DNA of 64,000 nucleotides from an uncultured Acidobacteriota bacterium. Its GTDB lineage: Bacteria > Acidobacteriota > Thermoanaerobaculia > UBA5066 > Gp7-AA6. Below are positions 9,404-17,180 of the stretch, one piece after another. The stretch covers positions 1 through 64,000 of the forward strand of contig CAVXTP010000017.1 of NCBI GenBank assembly GCA_963764715.1. Reading direction: 5' to 3'. Made by a program: the position numbers and the translations under genes. Position 1 is the stretch's first letter, and each line of letters starts with the position of its first letter. A model generated the notes under the pieces. It made no database searches, was not told the DNA's origin, and worked only from the letters and a program-made list of their open reading frames with translations.

Positions 9404-10592
9404 CTATTCCTCTACGTCTTCGGACACCGGATCGTCGGGAAGTGTTTCCCCTGCTTCGAGCTGGCGCTCGGGTGGGACGAGGGTCGTCAGGTAGTTAGGC
9501 TGCAAATCTGACTGTCTAAGCGTCGGACGGCCGGGGACGGCGGCGAAGAGGACGTCGGCCGGGCTTCGGACGCCTCGGCCGCCACGGTTGAGGACGTGCG
9601 TGTAGATCATCGTCGTCTTGACGTCTCTGTGGCCAAGGAGCTCCTGAATCGTGCGGATATCGTACCCCTCCTCGAGCAGGTGGGTGGCGAAGGAGTGACG
9701 GAACGTGTGAGCAGCTGATGCGGCGGGAGATTCCGAATCGACGACGGCCTGGCGCACGGCCCGCTGGATGACGGTTTCGTGCAAGTGATGGCGACGCTCG
9801 GACTTTGTTCGTGGTCGACGGCCGGGGGCGGCGGCCGGGCGCACCTCGCCCCCCGGGGGTCGTGGCTCCGCTGCTCGCCGGGAAAGACGAACTGCCAGCC
9901 CCAGTCGCGCTCGGCGCCCGGGAACTTCCGGGCGATGGCGTCGGGCAAGGTAGACATCGCCGACGCCCGTCGTCGAGGTCGGCGTGGTGGATGCGTCGAA
10001 CGCGGGAGAGCCAGGTCGGAAGCTCGGCGCGGGCGACGATGGGAAACGGGACGACGCGGTCCTCGCCGCCCTTGGTGTCGCGGACGACGATGCGATTGTT
10101 GCCGAACTCGACGTCCTTGACGCGCAGACGCAGGCACTCGAGAAGGCGCATCCCGGTCCCGTAGAGGATCGTCGAGACGAGCGCGGCGATCCGTTCAGGC
10201 GGCCGATGAGGCGGCGAACCTCCGCGCGGGTCAGGACGGTCGGGAAGTCGTCCGGGCCGCTTGGCACGGATGACGGTAGTCGAGGCGGGGAGGTCCTTCT
10301 GGAGGACGTGGCGGTAGAGAAACATGAGGGCCGAGAGCGCCTGGGTCTGGGTCGAGGCGCTGACGGGGCCCTCGACGGCGAGATGCGTGACGAAGGCGTT
10401 GATCTCGGGCTCGGCCATCTCGAGGGGATGGCGCTTGTCGTGAAAGAGGATGTAGCGGCGGATCCAGCCGACGTAGGCCTCCTCGGTGCGCAGGCTGTAG
10501 TGGCGGGCGCGGATCGCCTGGCGCACGCGGTCGAGCAGGCGCGGCTGGCCGGGCTGCGGCGGCTGCCCGGGGAACGGCCCCGACGAAGACAT
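9404..10592 (-). pseudogene. intI: Integron integrase split across three frames by about 7 indels (pseudogene or sequencing error)
   Basis: Motifs [44 protein letters not shown] and [36 protein letters not shown] are spread over the ORFs at 9404, 9516 and 9607. Confidence 0.92.
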
Positions 10593-10630
10593 CTACATAA
10601 GAGTTGTCGCGAAGGGGGTCGTCGGCGCAA

Positions 10631-10876
10631 TCAGCCGGCGAGAGCGAGAGCTCGTTGAGCGGCCGACGAGACGCGGACAGGCGCAAACAGCGTCCGCGGA
10701 TAGAGGTAGGCCTGCCCCGACTCGTCGACGACGCGCAGCAGCGACTTCGATCCGACCCTTTCCGCCCCCAGGCAGCGGTAGATCTTGCGAGGCTCGAGTG
10801 ATGCGGGGAATCCCGTGTTGCGGACACAGACCACCAGTCTGTAGGTCAGCGAGCGAGTCTTGCGAACAGGCTTCAT
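10631..10876 (-). CDS. Small conserved hypothetical protein (second gene of a TA-like pair)
   Basis: ASLEPRKIY...LRVVDESGQAYLYP pattern; start overlaps the upstream stop (ATGA). Confidence 0.75.
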   Translation of the reverse strand: MKPVRKTRSLTYRLVVCVRNTGFPASLEPRKIYRCLGAERVGSKSLLRVVDESGQAYLYPRTLFAPVRVSSAAQRALALAG

Positions 10877-11105
10877 TGCAGGATCCGCTTGATCTTGAAC
10901 TCTCTCCGGCCTACTCCCGCCGCCTCATACCAGTGAATCTCCGCGCGAGCTGACGAGCCGTCTTCGAACCGAACCGTTCCCACGCCCTTGCGCTTTCTCC
11001 AGCGACCGTGTCCCTAGGCGCGTCGCAACCGCGCAAGCTCCCGAATTCGGCGGCCGATCGCGATCGTCTCTGCATCAGTGATCGGGCCTATCAGCTCGAG
11101 GCCAC
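10873..11105 (-). pseudogene. Small basic hypothetical protein with an in-frame TAG and a damaged start
   Basis: Reads LELIGPITDAETIAIGRRIRELARLRRA*GHGRWRKRKG...AEIHWYEAAGVGRREFKIKRILQ; stop at 11014-11016 in mid-protein. Confidence 0.65.
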
Positions 11106-11132
11106 CAACGATTGTACCGCCGACACGCGTCC

Positions 11133-11381
11133 CTAACGGCGGCCGATCATCCTCGCGGTCCCGGACTTCAGACGCCGGAGCACCTCGCGGGCTGGAACCG
11201 TATGCGCGCCGCCCTCGTCCAGCTCTCGCTCCCGACGCTCGGCTTCGTCGAACCACAGGCGCTCGATGGTCGTTTCGCCTTCGAGGGGGAGGCTTTCCAG
11301 GAGCGTTCGGGCGAGGGCGGCTCGGGCCCGCGCTCCGAGCTTCAACGCTTCGGCTTCGATCTCTCCGAGTTTCCGAGGCAT
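11133..11381 (-). CDS. Addiction-module antitoxin-like protein (TIGR02574-like), with no cognate ParE/RelE toxin
   Basis: EALKL..RARAALARTLLESL...IERLWFDEAERR..EL..G...VP..EVLRRL pattern; GGAGG RBS. Confidence 0.8.
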   Translation of the reverse strand: MPRKLGEIEAEALKLGARARAALARTLLESLPLEGETTIERLWFDEAERRERELDEGGAHTVPAREVLRRLKSGTARMIGRR

Positions 11382-11462
11382 GCGGGTGCCCTCCAGCGCT
11401 CATTCAGTCTACGCCGCCTTTCGTCTACTTACTGATTGTCGCGAGCGCGACGGGCGGAAGGT

Positions 11463-11903
11463 CTAGGCGAATGGATTCCGGACGGTCACGCCCTCGTAGA
11501 TCTGGCCATGATTGAGGTCCTCGGTCCAGAGCGTCCGGCAGCCCATGCGGCGGGCGCTCTGGAGAATCATGGCGTCCCAGAAGGAGACGCGCAGGCGCTG
11601 GTGGATGTCGATGGCGGAGAGCAGGTCGCTCTTGTCGGGAAGATGGAGTTTCCACTCGGAAAACGACGCGACTCGGGCGGTTGCATCCGCCGGCGCCAGC
11701 GGTTGTCGCAGCTTCCCGGTCACGGACACGTAGAACTCCTGCAGGACCTGCAGGCTGAGGCAGCCGGCTTGCCTGGCCCAGAGATCGTCGAGCAGGCGCA
11801 TGGCGGTTCTCTGCTTCGCGACGGATGCGACGTCGTGCCCATAGAGCAGGACGTTGGTGTCGACGAACTCCGGCGCCGGCTCAGCGGCGCTCGTGGAGCT
11901 CAT
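11463..11903 (-). CDS. vapC: PIN-domain toxin (VapC family)
   Basis: Motifs FVDTNVLLY, QVLQEFY, SFWDAMI, LWTEDL. Confidence 0.9.
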   Translation of the reverse strand: MSSTSAAEPAPEFVDTNVLLYGHDVASVAKQRTAMRLLDDLWARQAGCLSLQVLQEFYVSVTGKLRQPLAPADATARVASFSEWKLHLPDKSDLLSAIDIHQRLRVSFWDAMILQSARRMGCRTLWTEDLNHGQIYEGVTVRNPFA

Positions 11904-12168
11904 CGCGCGTCCAGGGGATCTTGTCGCCGAGGCCCAGGTTGGGTGGATGCTTCATGCTCTCGCGCCAGCGCGCGTAGGCCTGCTCGTAGGCGTCGTTGTG
12001 GCGCACCGTCTCCTCGAGCGCTTCGACGAGAAGCCGGGAGATGGATTTCTCCTTCTCGACGGCGAGGTGCTTGACCTTTCGCAGGAGCGTTTTGGGGAGA
12101 GCGAGGGTCACGTTCTGAGTTTCCACGGGTCTACCTTTATGGGTGTTGTCGCGAGGGCTATCTATCAC
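11881..12168 (-). CDS. CopG/RHH antitoxin (VapB-like); start may be at 12126
   Basis: NVTLALPKTLLRKVKHLAVEKEKSISRLL...WTRDELHER; overlaps the PIN gene. Confidence 0.85.
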   Translation of the reverse strand: MIDSPRDNTHKGRPVETQNVTLALPKTLLRKVKHLAVEKEKSISRLLVEALEETVRHNDAYEQAYARWRESMKHPPNLGLGDKIPWTRDELHERR

Positions 12169-12200
12169 GTAAAACAGTGTAGCACGTGTTTACGTGTGAT
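12164..12200 (-). promoter_or_regulatory. TA promoter/operator
   Basis: Extended -10 TGCTACACT on the minus strand lies within the inverted repeat cacgtaaaac...gtttacgtg. Confidence 0.55.
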
Positions 12201-12210
12201 TTCTGATCAC

Positions 12211-13911
12211 TCAGTCGTAAACTCCGTCAGCAAACCACTTGTCGTCCGGGCGCTCACGGTAGACACGGTAGAGGCCGCCGTCCGAGAGCTCGACATCCCA
12301 GTAGTCGCGGTCGGCGGGGGCTTCGGTCCACCACCCGTCCTCGAGGGACCAGGGACCCGAGGCGACACGCACGGTTCCGGAGATCGGCGGCGTCGCATCG
12401 GGAGGAGATTTCAGCGCGATCGGGCGGCCACTGCCCGGCGACTGATCTCCCGCGCTCTCGTCGTAGGGGCGGCTCTCGTGGCCGCCCTCATCCGCCACCG
12501 ACGATGGGCGGGCGGGGATGAGCCCCGCCCCGACGACCGGAGCGGACGTCAGCACCTCCAGCGCCACCGGCGGCCGCAGCACGCGCACCGACAGCAGCCC
12601 GCGTCCGTTGCGCGCGGGCGAGCGCAGCTTCGGCGGGGGCGGCGGCGTGTAGCCCGTCGAGGCGTAGCGCTCGGGGCGGTGGCCGTCGATCGAGCGCGGC
12701 GAGCCGACGCGGTCGGCGCCGAGCAGGGCCGCGAGGCGCGCGATCGTCGTCGCGAGGCGGTCGGGCGAGAGGGCCGCGGGGCCGAAGAGGGAAAGCTGGG
12801 CGCGGCGCGGCGAGTCGGGATGCGCCGAGAAGACGAAGCCGGCGACGGGCGCGCCGGGCGGCCGCGCTTCGAGCTCGAGGCGGACGAGGGTCAGGAGCGT
12901 CTTCGCGTCGCGGGTGGGGGCGGGCAGCGCGATCGCGCGGGCGTCGTGGCCGTCGGGATCGAGCTTCAGCGTCACCTCGAGGCGCGTGCAGGAAAGGGCG
13001 CGGGACTCCAGCCGCGCGAGGAGGCGCTCGAGCGCAGCGTGCGCGAGGAAGAGGAAGGGCTCGAGGGTCGCGAGCGGCCACTCGAGGTCCATGCCCTCGG
13101 TGAAGGAGGGCGGCGGGACCCAGGGCTCGAGCGGCTGCGGGTCGAGGCCGCGCGCGGACATGTGGAGAGCGCGGCCGATCTCGCCGAGGCGGCTCGCGAC
13201 CTCGCCCTCGGGCAGCTTCGCGAGCTCGCCGATCGTCGAGAGGCCCCAGCGGTCGAGGGTCGCGGCGATCTCGAGCTGCGGGGCGAGCTTCTCGAGCGGG
13301 AGCGGCGCGAGGAAGCTCGCCTCGGCGCCCTCGGCTACGACGGTCGGCGATTCGGGAAGCCCCGCCGCGACGCGGGCGGCGAGCTTGGAGGCCGCGACTC
13401 CCGCGCGCGCCGGCAGCCCCGCCTTTTCCGCCGCGCGGATCATGTCCCCCGCGAGATCCTTCACGCTTTCCCCCGGGTCGTAGGGGCGGGGCTTGTCCCC
13501 GCCCTCCCCAGACAGGGCGGCCGCAAGGGCCGCCCCTACGACCGAGGCCCGCTGGCTCACGCTGGGCATGGCCAATCGCGCGTGCCCCTCCAGGTCCACG
13601 TACACCACTCCCTCCCCCGCGTCCTCGATGCGCGGCGAGAAGGACTCCGCCACCTCCAGCAGCGCCTCCGCCGCAGCGCGCTCGCACTCGGCGTCGCGTC
13701 CGCGCGCGACGAGGCCGGGCATGCGCGCGCGTGCCTGGGGCAGCGTCATGCCGGGAACGATGCCGGCCCGCCGCGCCTTGCGCGTGGCGGCGACCGTGCG
13801 GGCGGCGTTGCCGTTGCCCTCGAAGATTGCGACGGCCTCGCCTTTCAGCTCGGGCTCGCTCCGCAGCCGCGCGGCGAGCGGGAAGAGCGGGACGAAGAGG
13901 CAGGCGATCAT
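12211..13911 (-). CDS. imuB: ImuB, Y-family polymerase-like mutasome protein, with two in-frame REP-doublet insertions
   Basis: N-terminus MIACLFVPLFPL...ARRAGIVPGMTLPQARA; QLSLF clamp motif; C-terminus SGPW..EDGWW...DRDYWDVEL..G.LYRVYR..WF.DGVYD; ATGA-coupled to imuA. Confidence 0.88.
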   Translation of the reverse strand: MIACLFVPLFPLAARLRSEPELKGEAVAIFEGNGNAARTVAATRKARRAGIVPGMTLPQARARMPGLVARGRDAECERAAAEALLEVAESFSPRIEDAGEGVVYVDLEGHARLAMPSVSQRASVVGAALAAALSGEGGDKPRPYDPGESVKDLAGDMIRAAEKAGLPARAGVAASKLAARVAAGLPESPTVVAEGAEASFLAPLPLEKLAPQLEIAATLDRWGLSTIGELAKLPEGEVASRLGEIGRALHMSARGLDPQPLEPWVPPPSFTEGMDLEWPLATLEPFLFLAHAALERLLARLESRALSCTRLEVTLKLDPDGHDARAIALPAPTRDAKTLLTLVRLELEARPPGAPVAGFVFSAHPDSPRRAQLSLFGPAALSPDRLATTIARLAALLGADRVGSPRSIDGHRPERYASTGYTPPPPPKLRSPARNGRGLLSVRVLRPPVALEVLTSAPVVGAGLIPARPSSVADEGGHESRPYDESAGDQSPGSGRPIALKSPPDATPPISGTVRVASGPWSLEDGWWTEAPADRDYWDVELSDGGLYRVYRERPDDKWFADGVYD

Positions 13912-14795
13912 CGGCGGATGAGCAATGGGGCGGTGATGAGCGGTGCGGATTCCGCACGCCTGGCTCGGCTCTCGAGGGCGGGGGTGGTCCGTCCACCAGC
14001 GGACGACCCCCGGCTGTAGGAGACGCCGTCCGCAGGACGGCGGCAACCCAACCCCGCCCCTACGACCGGGGGCCGGATGCTGGTGGACGGACCGTGGCCG
14101 CCCTCATCCGCCACCGACAACGCGAACGACTCCCCCATCCCCGTCCGCGCCCGCCCGTCCTTCTCGAGCGTGAGCCGCACGCCGACGCCCTCGAGAAGCC
14201 GCGGCGACTTTCCCGCGCCGCGCCAAATCGGACGCCCGGTCTGCGCGGAGACGACCGCCTCCGCGGCCACACCGCTGACGCGATAGGGCGCGAGCACGAG
14301 GAGCGCCGCGCGCCGGTCGCGGGCCGCGCGCGTCAGGCGCACCCACGCGGCGTCGGGAACGAACCGTCCGCGCACGGGCGCGAGGCCCAGGTCGACGACG
14401 ACGAGCGGGAAGCCCGCCGCGAGGAGCATCTCCGCGCTCGCGACGGCTTCCTTCAGCTTCGAGGGCCGCACCCACAGGAGGCGATCGAGCGCGACGCCCG
14501 CATCCTCGGCGGACTGCGGATCGAGGTGGCCGCCGAGATCGACGAGCGCCGCGGCCTCGCCGGCGGAGGTCGCGGCGGCGAGCGAGGAGATGCCGATCGA
14601 GAAGCGGCCGCACGAGCGCCGTCCCGAGATCTCCGTCAGCGCGCCGCGCGGCAGTCCGCCGGAGAGGAGCCGGTCGAGGGCGGTGACTTTCGTCGCGAGC
14701 GGGTTGCGCGCGTCGGCGAGCGACGGCAGCTCCGACGCGCGCGTGAGACGGGCCCCCGATTCCTCCAGCAGCCTCTCGATCGCGAGCGCGCCCAT
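13908..14795 (-). CDS. imuA: ImuA, RecA-like mutasome protein, with a REP-derived C-terminal tail
   Basis: ALDRLLSGGLPRGALTEISG (degenerate Walker A), AGVALDRLLWVRP, LVVVD; directly upstream of imuB. Confidence 0.85.
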   Translation of the reverse strand: MGALAIERLLEESGARLTRASELPSLADARNPLATKVTALDRLLSGGLPRGALTEISGRRSCGRFSIGISSLAAATSAGEAAALVDLGGHLDPQSAEDAGVALDRLLWVRPSKLKEAVASAEMLLAAGFPLVVVDLGLAPVRGRFVPDAAWVRLTRAARDRRAALLVLAPYRVSGVAAEAVVSAQTGRPIWRGAGKSPRLLEGVGVRLTLEKDGRARTGMGESFALSVADEGGHGPSTSIRPPVVGAGLGCRRPADGVSYSRGSSAGGRTTPALESRARRAESAPLITAPLLIRR

Positions 14796-14819
14796 GGGCC
14801 CCCCTATAGATGTAGGGGA

Positions 14820-14845
14820 GAACGATAGGCGTAAATAAGGCGTAA
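14820..14845 (-). promoter_or_regulatory. Candidate LexA-type direct-repeat operator upstream of imuA
   Basis: Minus strand TTAC-GCCTTAT-TTAC-GCCTATC-GTTC; the 11-bp period matches the GTTC-N7-GTTC class of SOS box. Confidence 0.45.
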
Positions 14846-14864
14846 CTCAAGAGGCAGTTTCGAT

Positions 14865-14906
14865 ATGTAAATCAAGCTTGACCTGATGTAAAGCAAACAT
14901 TACATT
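14865..14906 (+). promoter_or_regulatory. Sigma70 promoter overlapped by two imperfect palindromic operators, probably for the downstream XRE regulator
   Basis: TTGACC-17 bp-TACATT; operators ATGTAAATCAAGCTTGACCT and ATGTAAAGCAAACATTACAT. Confidence 0.65.
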
Positions 14907-14931
14907 ACTGGCCTGAACAGCGAGGCTGTAC

Positions 14932-15351
14932 ATGAAAAATGCTCCTCAATCCAGGTCATCCGCTCCACCGTCCCGCGGGCGCTGGCCCGCCCTGGCGTCC
15001 GGTCTCGCGGCCCTCGTCGTCTACTTCGCGAGCCGCGTCCTCCTCGAACGGCCGGACCTTCCGGCGCGCCTCGCGGTCGCGCTCGCGCCCCTGCCCTTCT
15101 TCGTTCTCTTCCTCGCCGCTTTCGTCCGGCTCGTGCGCGGCATGGACGAGCTCGAGCGCCGCATCCAGCTCGAGGCCCTCGCGCTCGCCTACCCCGCGGT
15201 CCTCGTGCTGCTCATGACGCTCGGCCTGCTCCAGCTCTCGGGCGTCGCGCTCTCGCCCGCGGACTGGAGCTTCCGCCACGTCTGGCAGATCGGCGTCGTT
15301 CTCTACGCCTGCGGCATGGCCGTCGCGGCGCGGCGGTACGGGTTCCGGTGA
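14932..15351 (+). CDS. Membrane protein, cotranscribed with the XRE regulator
   Basis: 4 hydrophobic segments, MDELERRIQLEALA motif; GTGA overlap with the next gene. Confidence 0.85.
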   Translation: MKNAPQSRSSAPPSRGRWPALASGLAALVVYFASRVLLERPDLPARLAVALAPLPFFVLFLAAFVRLVRGMDELERRIQLEALALAYPAVLVLLMTLGLLQLSGVALSPADWSFRHVWQIGVVLYACGMAVAARRYGFR

Positions 15352-15569
15352 GAAACCGCCTGCGCGTCCTGCGCGCCGAACGGGACTGGTCCCAGGCGGA
15401 CCTGGCGGAGCGGCTCTTCGTCTCGCGCCAGACCGTCAACGCGATCGAGACCGGGCGCTACGACCCGAGCCTGCCGCTCGCCTTCGGCATCGCGAAGCTC
15501 TTCGGCTCGCTGATCGAGGAGATCTTCATCCCCGACGGCGAGCCCCTCCCGCAGTCTTTCGGAACCTAG
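15348..15569 (+). CDS. XRE-family HTH transcriptional regulator
   Basis: NRLRVLRAERDWSQADLAERLFVSRQTVNAIETGRYDPSLPLAF. Confidence 0.93.
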   Translation: MRNRLRVLRAERDWSQADLAERLFVSRQTVNAIETGRYDPSLPLAFGIAKLFGSLIEEIFIPDGEPLPQSFGT

Positions 15570-15658
15570 GGCCCGGGGCGCCTCCCCCGGACCCGATCGG
15601 CCCTCGCTTGACGGGGCCGTCGACCGGTATCCTTCGACCCAAGGACACACCCGGATCG

Positions 15659-16348
15659 ATGAGCCTCTTCGTTAAGGGAATGATCGTGGGATTCTGCCTG
15701 GCGGCGCCCGTCGGGCCGATCGCCGCGATCTGCGTGCGGCGCACGATCGCCAAGCGCTTCATCTCGGGCGTCGTCTCGGGGCTCGGGGCGGCGGCGGCCG
15801 ACGCCGTCTACGGCACCGTGGCGGCCTTCGGCGCGACGATCGTCTCGGAGTTCCTGATCAGCGAGCACGAATGGCTCCAGCGGGTCGGCGGAGTCATCCT
15901 GCTCGTCCTCGGCCTGCGGCTCCTCTTGATGAAGGCGGTCGAGCGCGAGAACTCGAATTCCAAAGGAGGGAGCCGCGGCCTCGCCGGCGATTTCCTCTCG
16001 ACCTTCGTGCTGACGCTGACGAACCCGATGACCTTCGTCGCCTTCGCCGCCATCTTCGCGACGATGGGGATCGGCGCCGTGCGCGGCCGGCCGATGCTGA
16101 CGATCGAGCTCGTCGGCGGCGTCTTCGCCGGTTCCGGCGCGTGGTGGATCATCCTCTGCGCCGGAGCCTGGACCTTCCGCCGCCATTTCGATTTCAAGCG
16201 CCTGGTGCTCGTCAACCGCGCGACCGGCGTCTTCGTGATCGCCGTCGGCCTCATCTACCTTTTCGTCAAGACCTCGGCCGACCACGCCCCGACGATCCCG
16301 ATCCCCGACCGCCTCCGCGTCCACACCCCCACGGCGACACCCTCGTAA
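15659..16348 (+). CDS. LysE-family translocator
   Basis: Motifs AAPVGP, GLGAAAADAVYG, LTLTNPMT; 6 hydrophobic segments. Confidence 0.9.
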   Translation: MSLFVKGMIVGFCLAAPVGPIAAICVRRTIAKRFISGVVSGLGAAAADAVYGTVAAFGATIVSEFLISEHEWLQRVGGVILLVLGLRLLLMKAVERENSNSKGGSRGLAGDFLSTFVLTLTNPMTFVAFAAIFATMGIGAVRGRPMLTIELVGGVFAGSGAWWIILCAGAWTFRRHFDFKRLVLVNRATGVFVIAVGLIYLFVKTSADHAPTIPIPDRLRVHTPTATPS

Positions 16349-16373
16349 CCCCGGCCGATTCGCGCCCCCGATC

Positions 16374-16441
16374 GTAGGGGCGGGGCTCGTCCCCGCCCTC
16401 CCGGCCCCCCGGTCGTAGGGGCGGGGCTCGTCCCCGCCCTC
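16374..16441 (+). repeat. Two direct GTAG-type REPs upstream of RAYT
   Basis: GTAGGGGCGGGGCTCGTCCCCGCCCTC at 16374 and 16415. Confidence 0.9.
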
Positions 16442-16469
16442 AGACCGACTCGCGACAAATAGACATCGG

Positions 16470-16937
16470 ATGCCCACTCGCAAATCGATCCGCATGCCGC
16501 CCTCGGCCTATCGCGAATCCGGACAGATCTTCTCCGTCACGATCACAACCGCCCGGCGTATCTCCGTCTTCGCCGACCTCGATTTCGGACACGAATGCAT
16601 CGCTCTCCTTCGCGCGGCTCACGATGCCGGACGGATCCGGGTCTACGCCTACTGCCTGATGCCGGACCATGTCCATCTGCTCCTCGGCATCGGATCCGCC
16701 TCCGATCTCACGTCCGAGATTGGACGCTGGAAGTCTCTGTGCAGCAACGTGCGCCGCCGAATCGGCGGTGCGGAACGAATGTGGCAACGCAGCTTCTACG
16801 ACCACGCTCTGCGCAAGGAGGAAGACGTGCGGGTGGTGGCGAGATACATCCTGGAGAACCCGATTCGGGCCGGTCTCGTCGAGCGGAGCAAGGACTATCC
16901 GCTCTCCGGTTCGTTCGAGTTCGACCTCGGATCGTAG
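16470..16937 (+). CDS. rayT: REP-associated tyrosine transposase (RAYT/TnpA-REP, Y1 HUH)
   Basis: AYCLMPDHVH (HUH), WQRSFYDH and YILENP.RAGLV motifs; flanked by REPs. Confidence 0.92.
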   Translation: MPTRKSIRMPPSAYRESGQIFSVTITTARRISVFADLDFGHECIALLRAAHDAGRIRVYAYCLMPDHVHLLLGIGSASDLTSEIGRWKSLCSNVRRRIGGAERMWQRSFYDHALRKEEDVRVVARYILENPIRAGLVERSKDYPLSGSFEFDLGS

Positions 16938-17168
16938 GGATTGAGGGCGGCCACAAGGGCCGCCCCTACGACGGGAGCGCGATGGTCACCCGCCGGCGAT
17001 TCCATCCGCCTCCGGTACGTAGGGGCGGGGCTTGTCCCCGCCCTCCCCGGTCCCCGCCCGACCTCGGATCGTAGGGATTGAGGGCGGCCACAAGGGCCGC
17101 CCCTACGACCGGGGGCAAGAAGCCCGGCTCCGCTCCGGTACGTAGGGGCGGGGCTCGTCCCCGCCCTC
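16922..17168. repeat. BIME-like tandem of REP doublets, including a duplicated RAYT 3' end
   Basis: cgacctcggatcgtagggattgagggcggccacaagggccgcccctacgac at 16922 and 17059; forward REPs at 17019 and 17142. Confidence 0.88.
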
Positions 17169-17180
17169 TCCGGTCGTCGC

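Noticed and set aside
9333-9500. GCCTAAC (9500-9494) with GTTAGGC (9339-9333) as a long attC making intI itself a cassette
   Set aside because: No complementary L''/L' boxes or stem between them, and the first box lies inside the intI frame.
11131-11137. GTTAGGG on the minus strand as an attI or recombination scar upstream of intI
   Set aside because: It overlaps the antitoxin stop codon, does not fit GTTRRRY, and has no partner box.
11854-14019. 721-aa plus-strand ORF
   Set aside because: Antisense shadow of imuB with no recognisable motifs.
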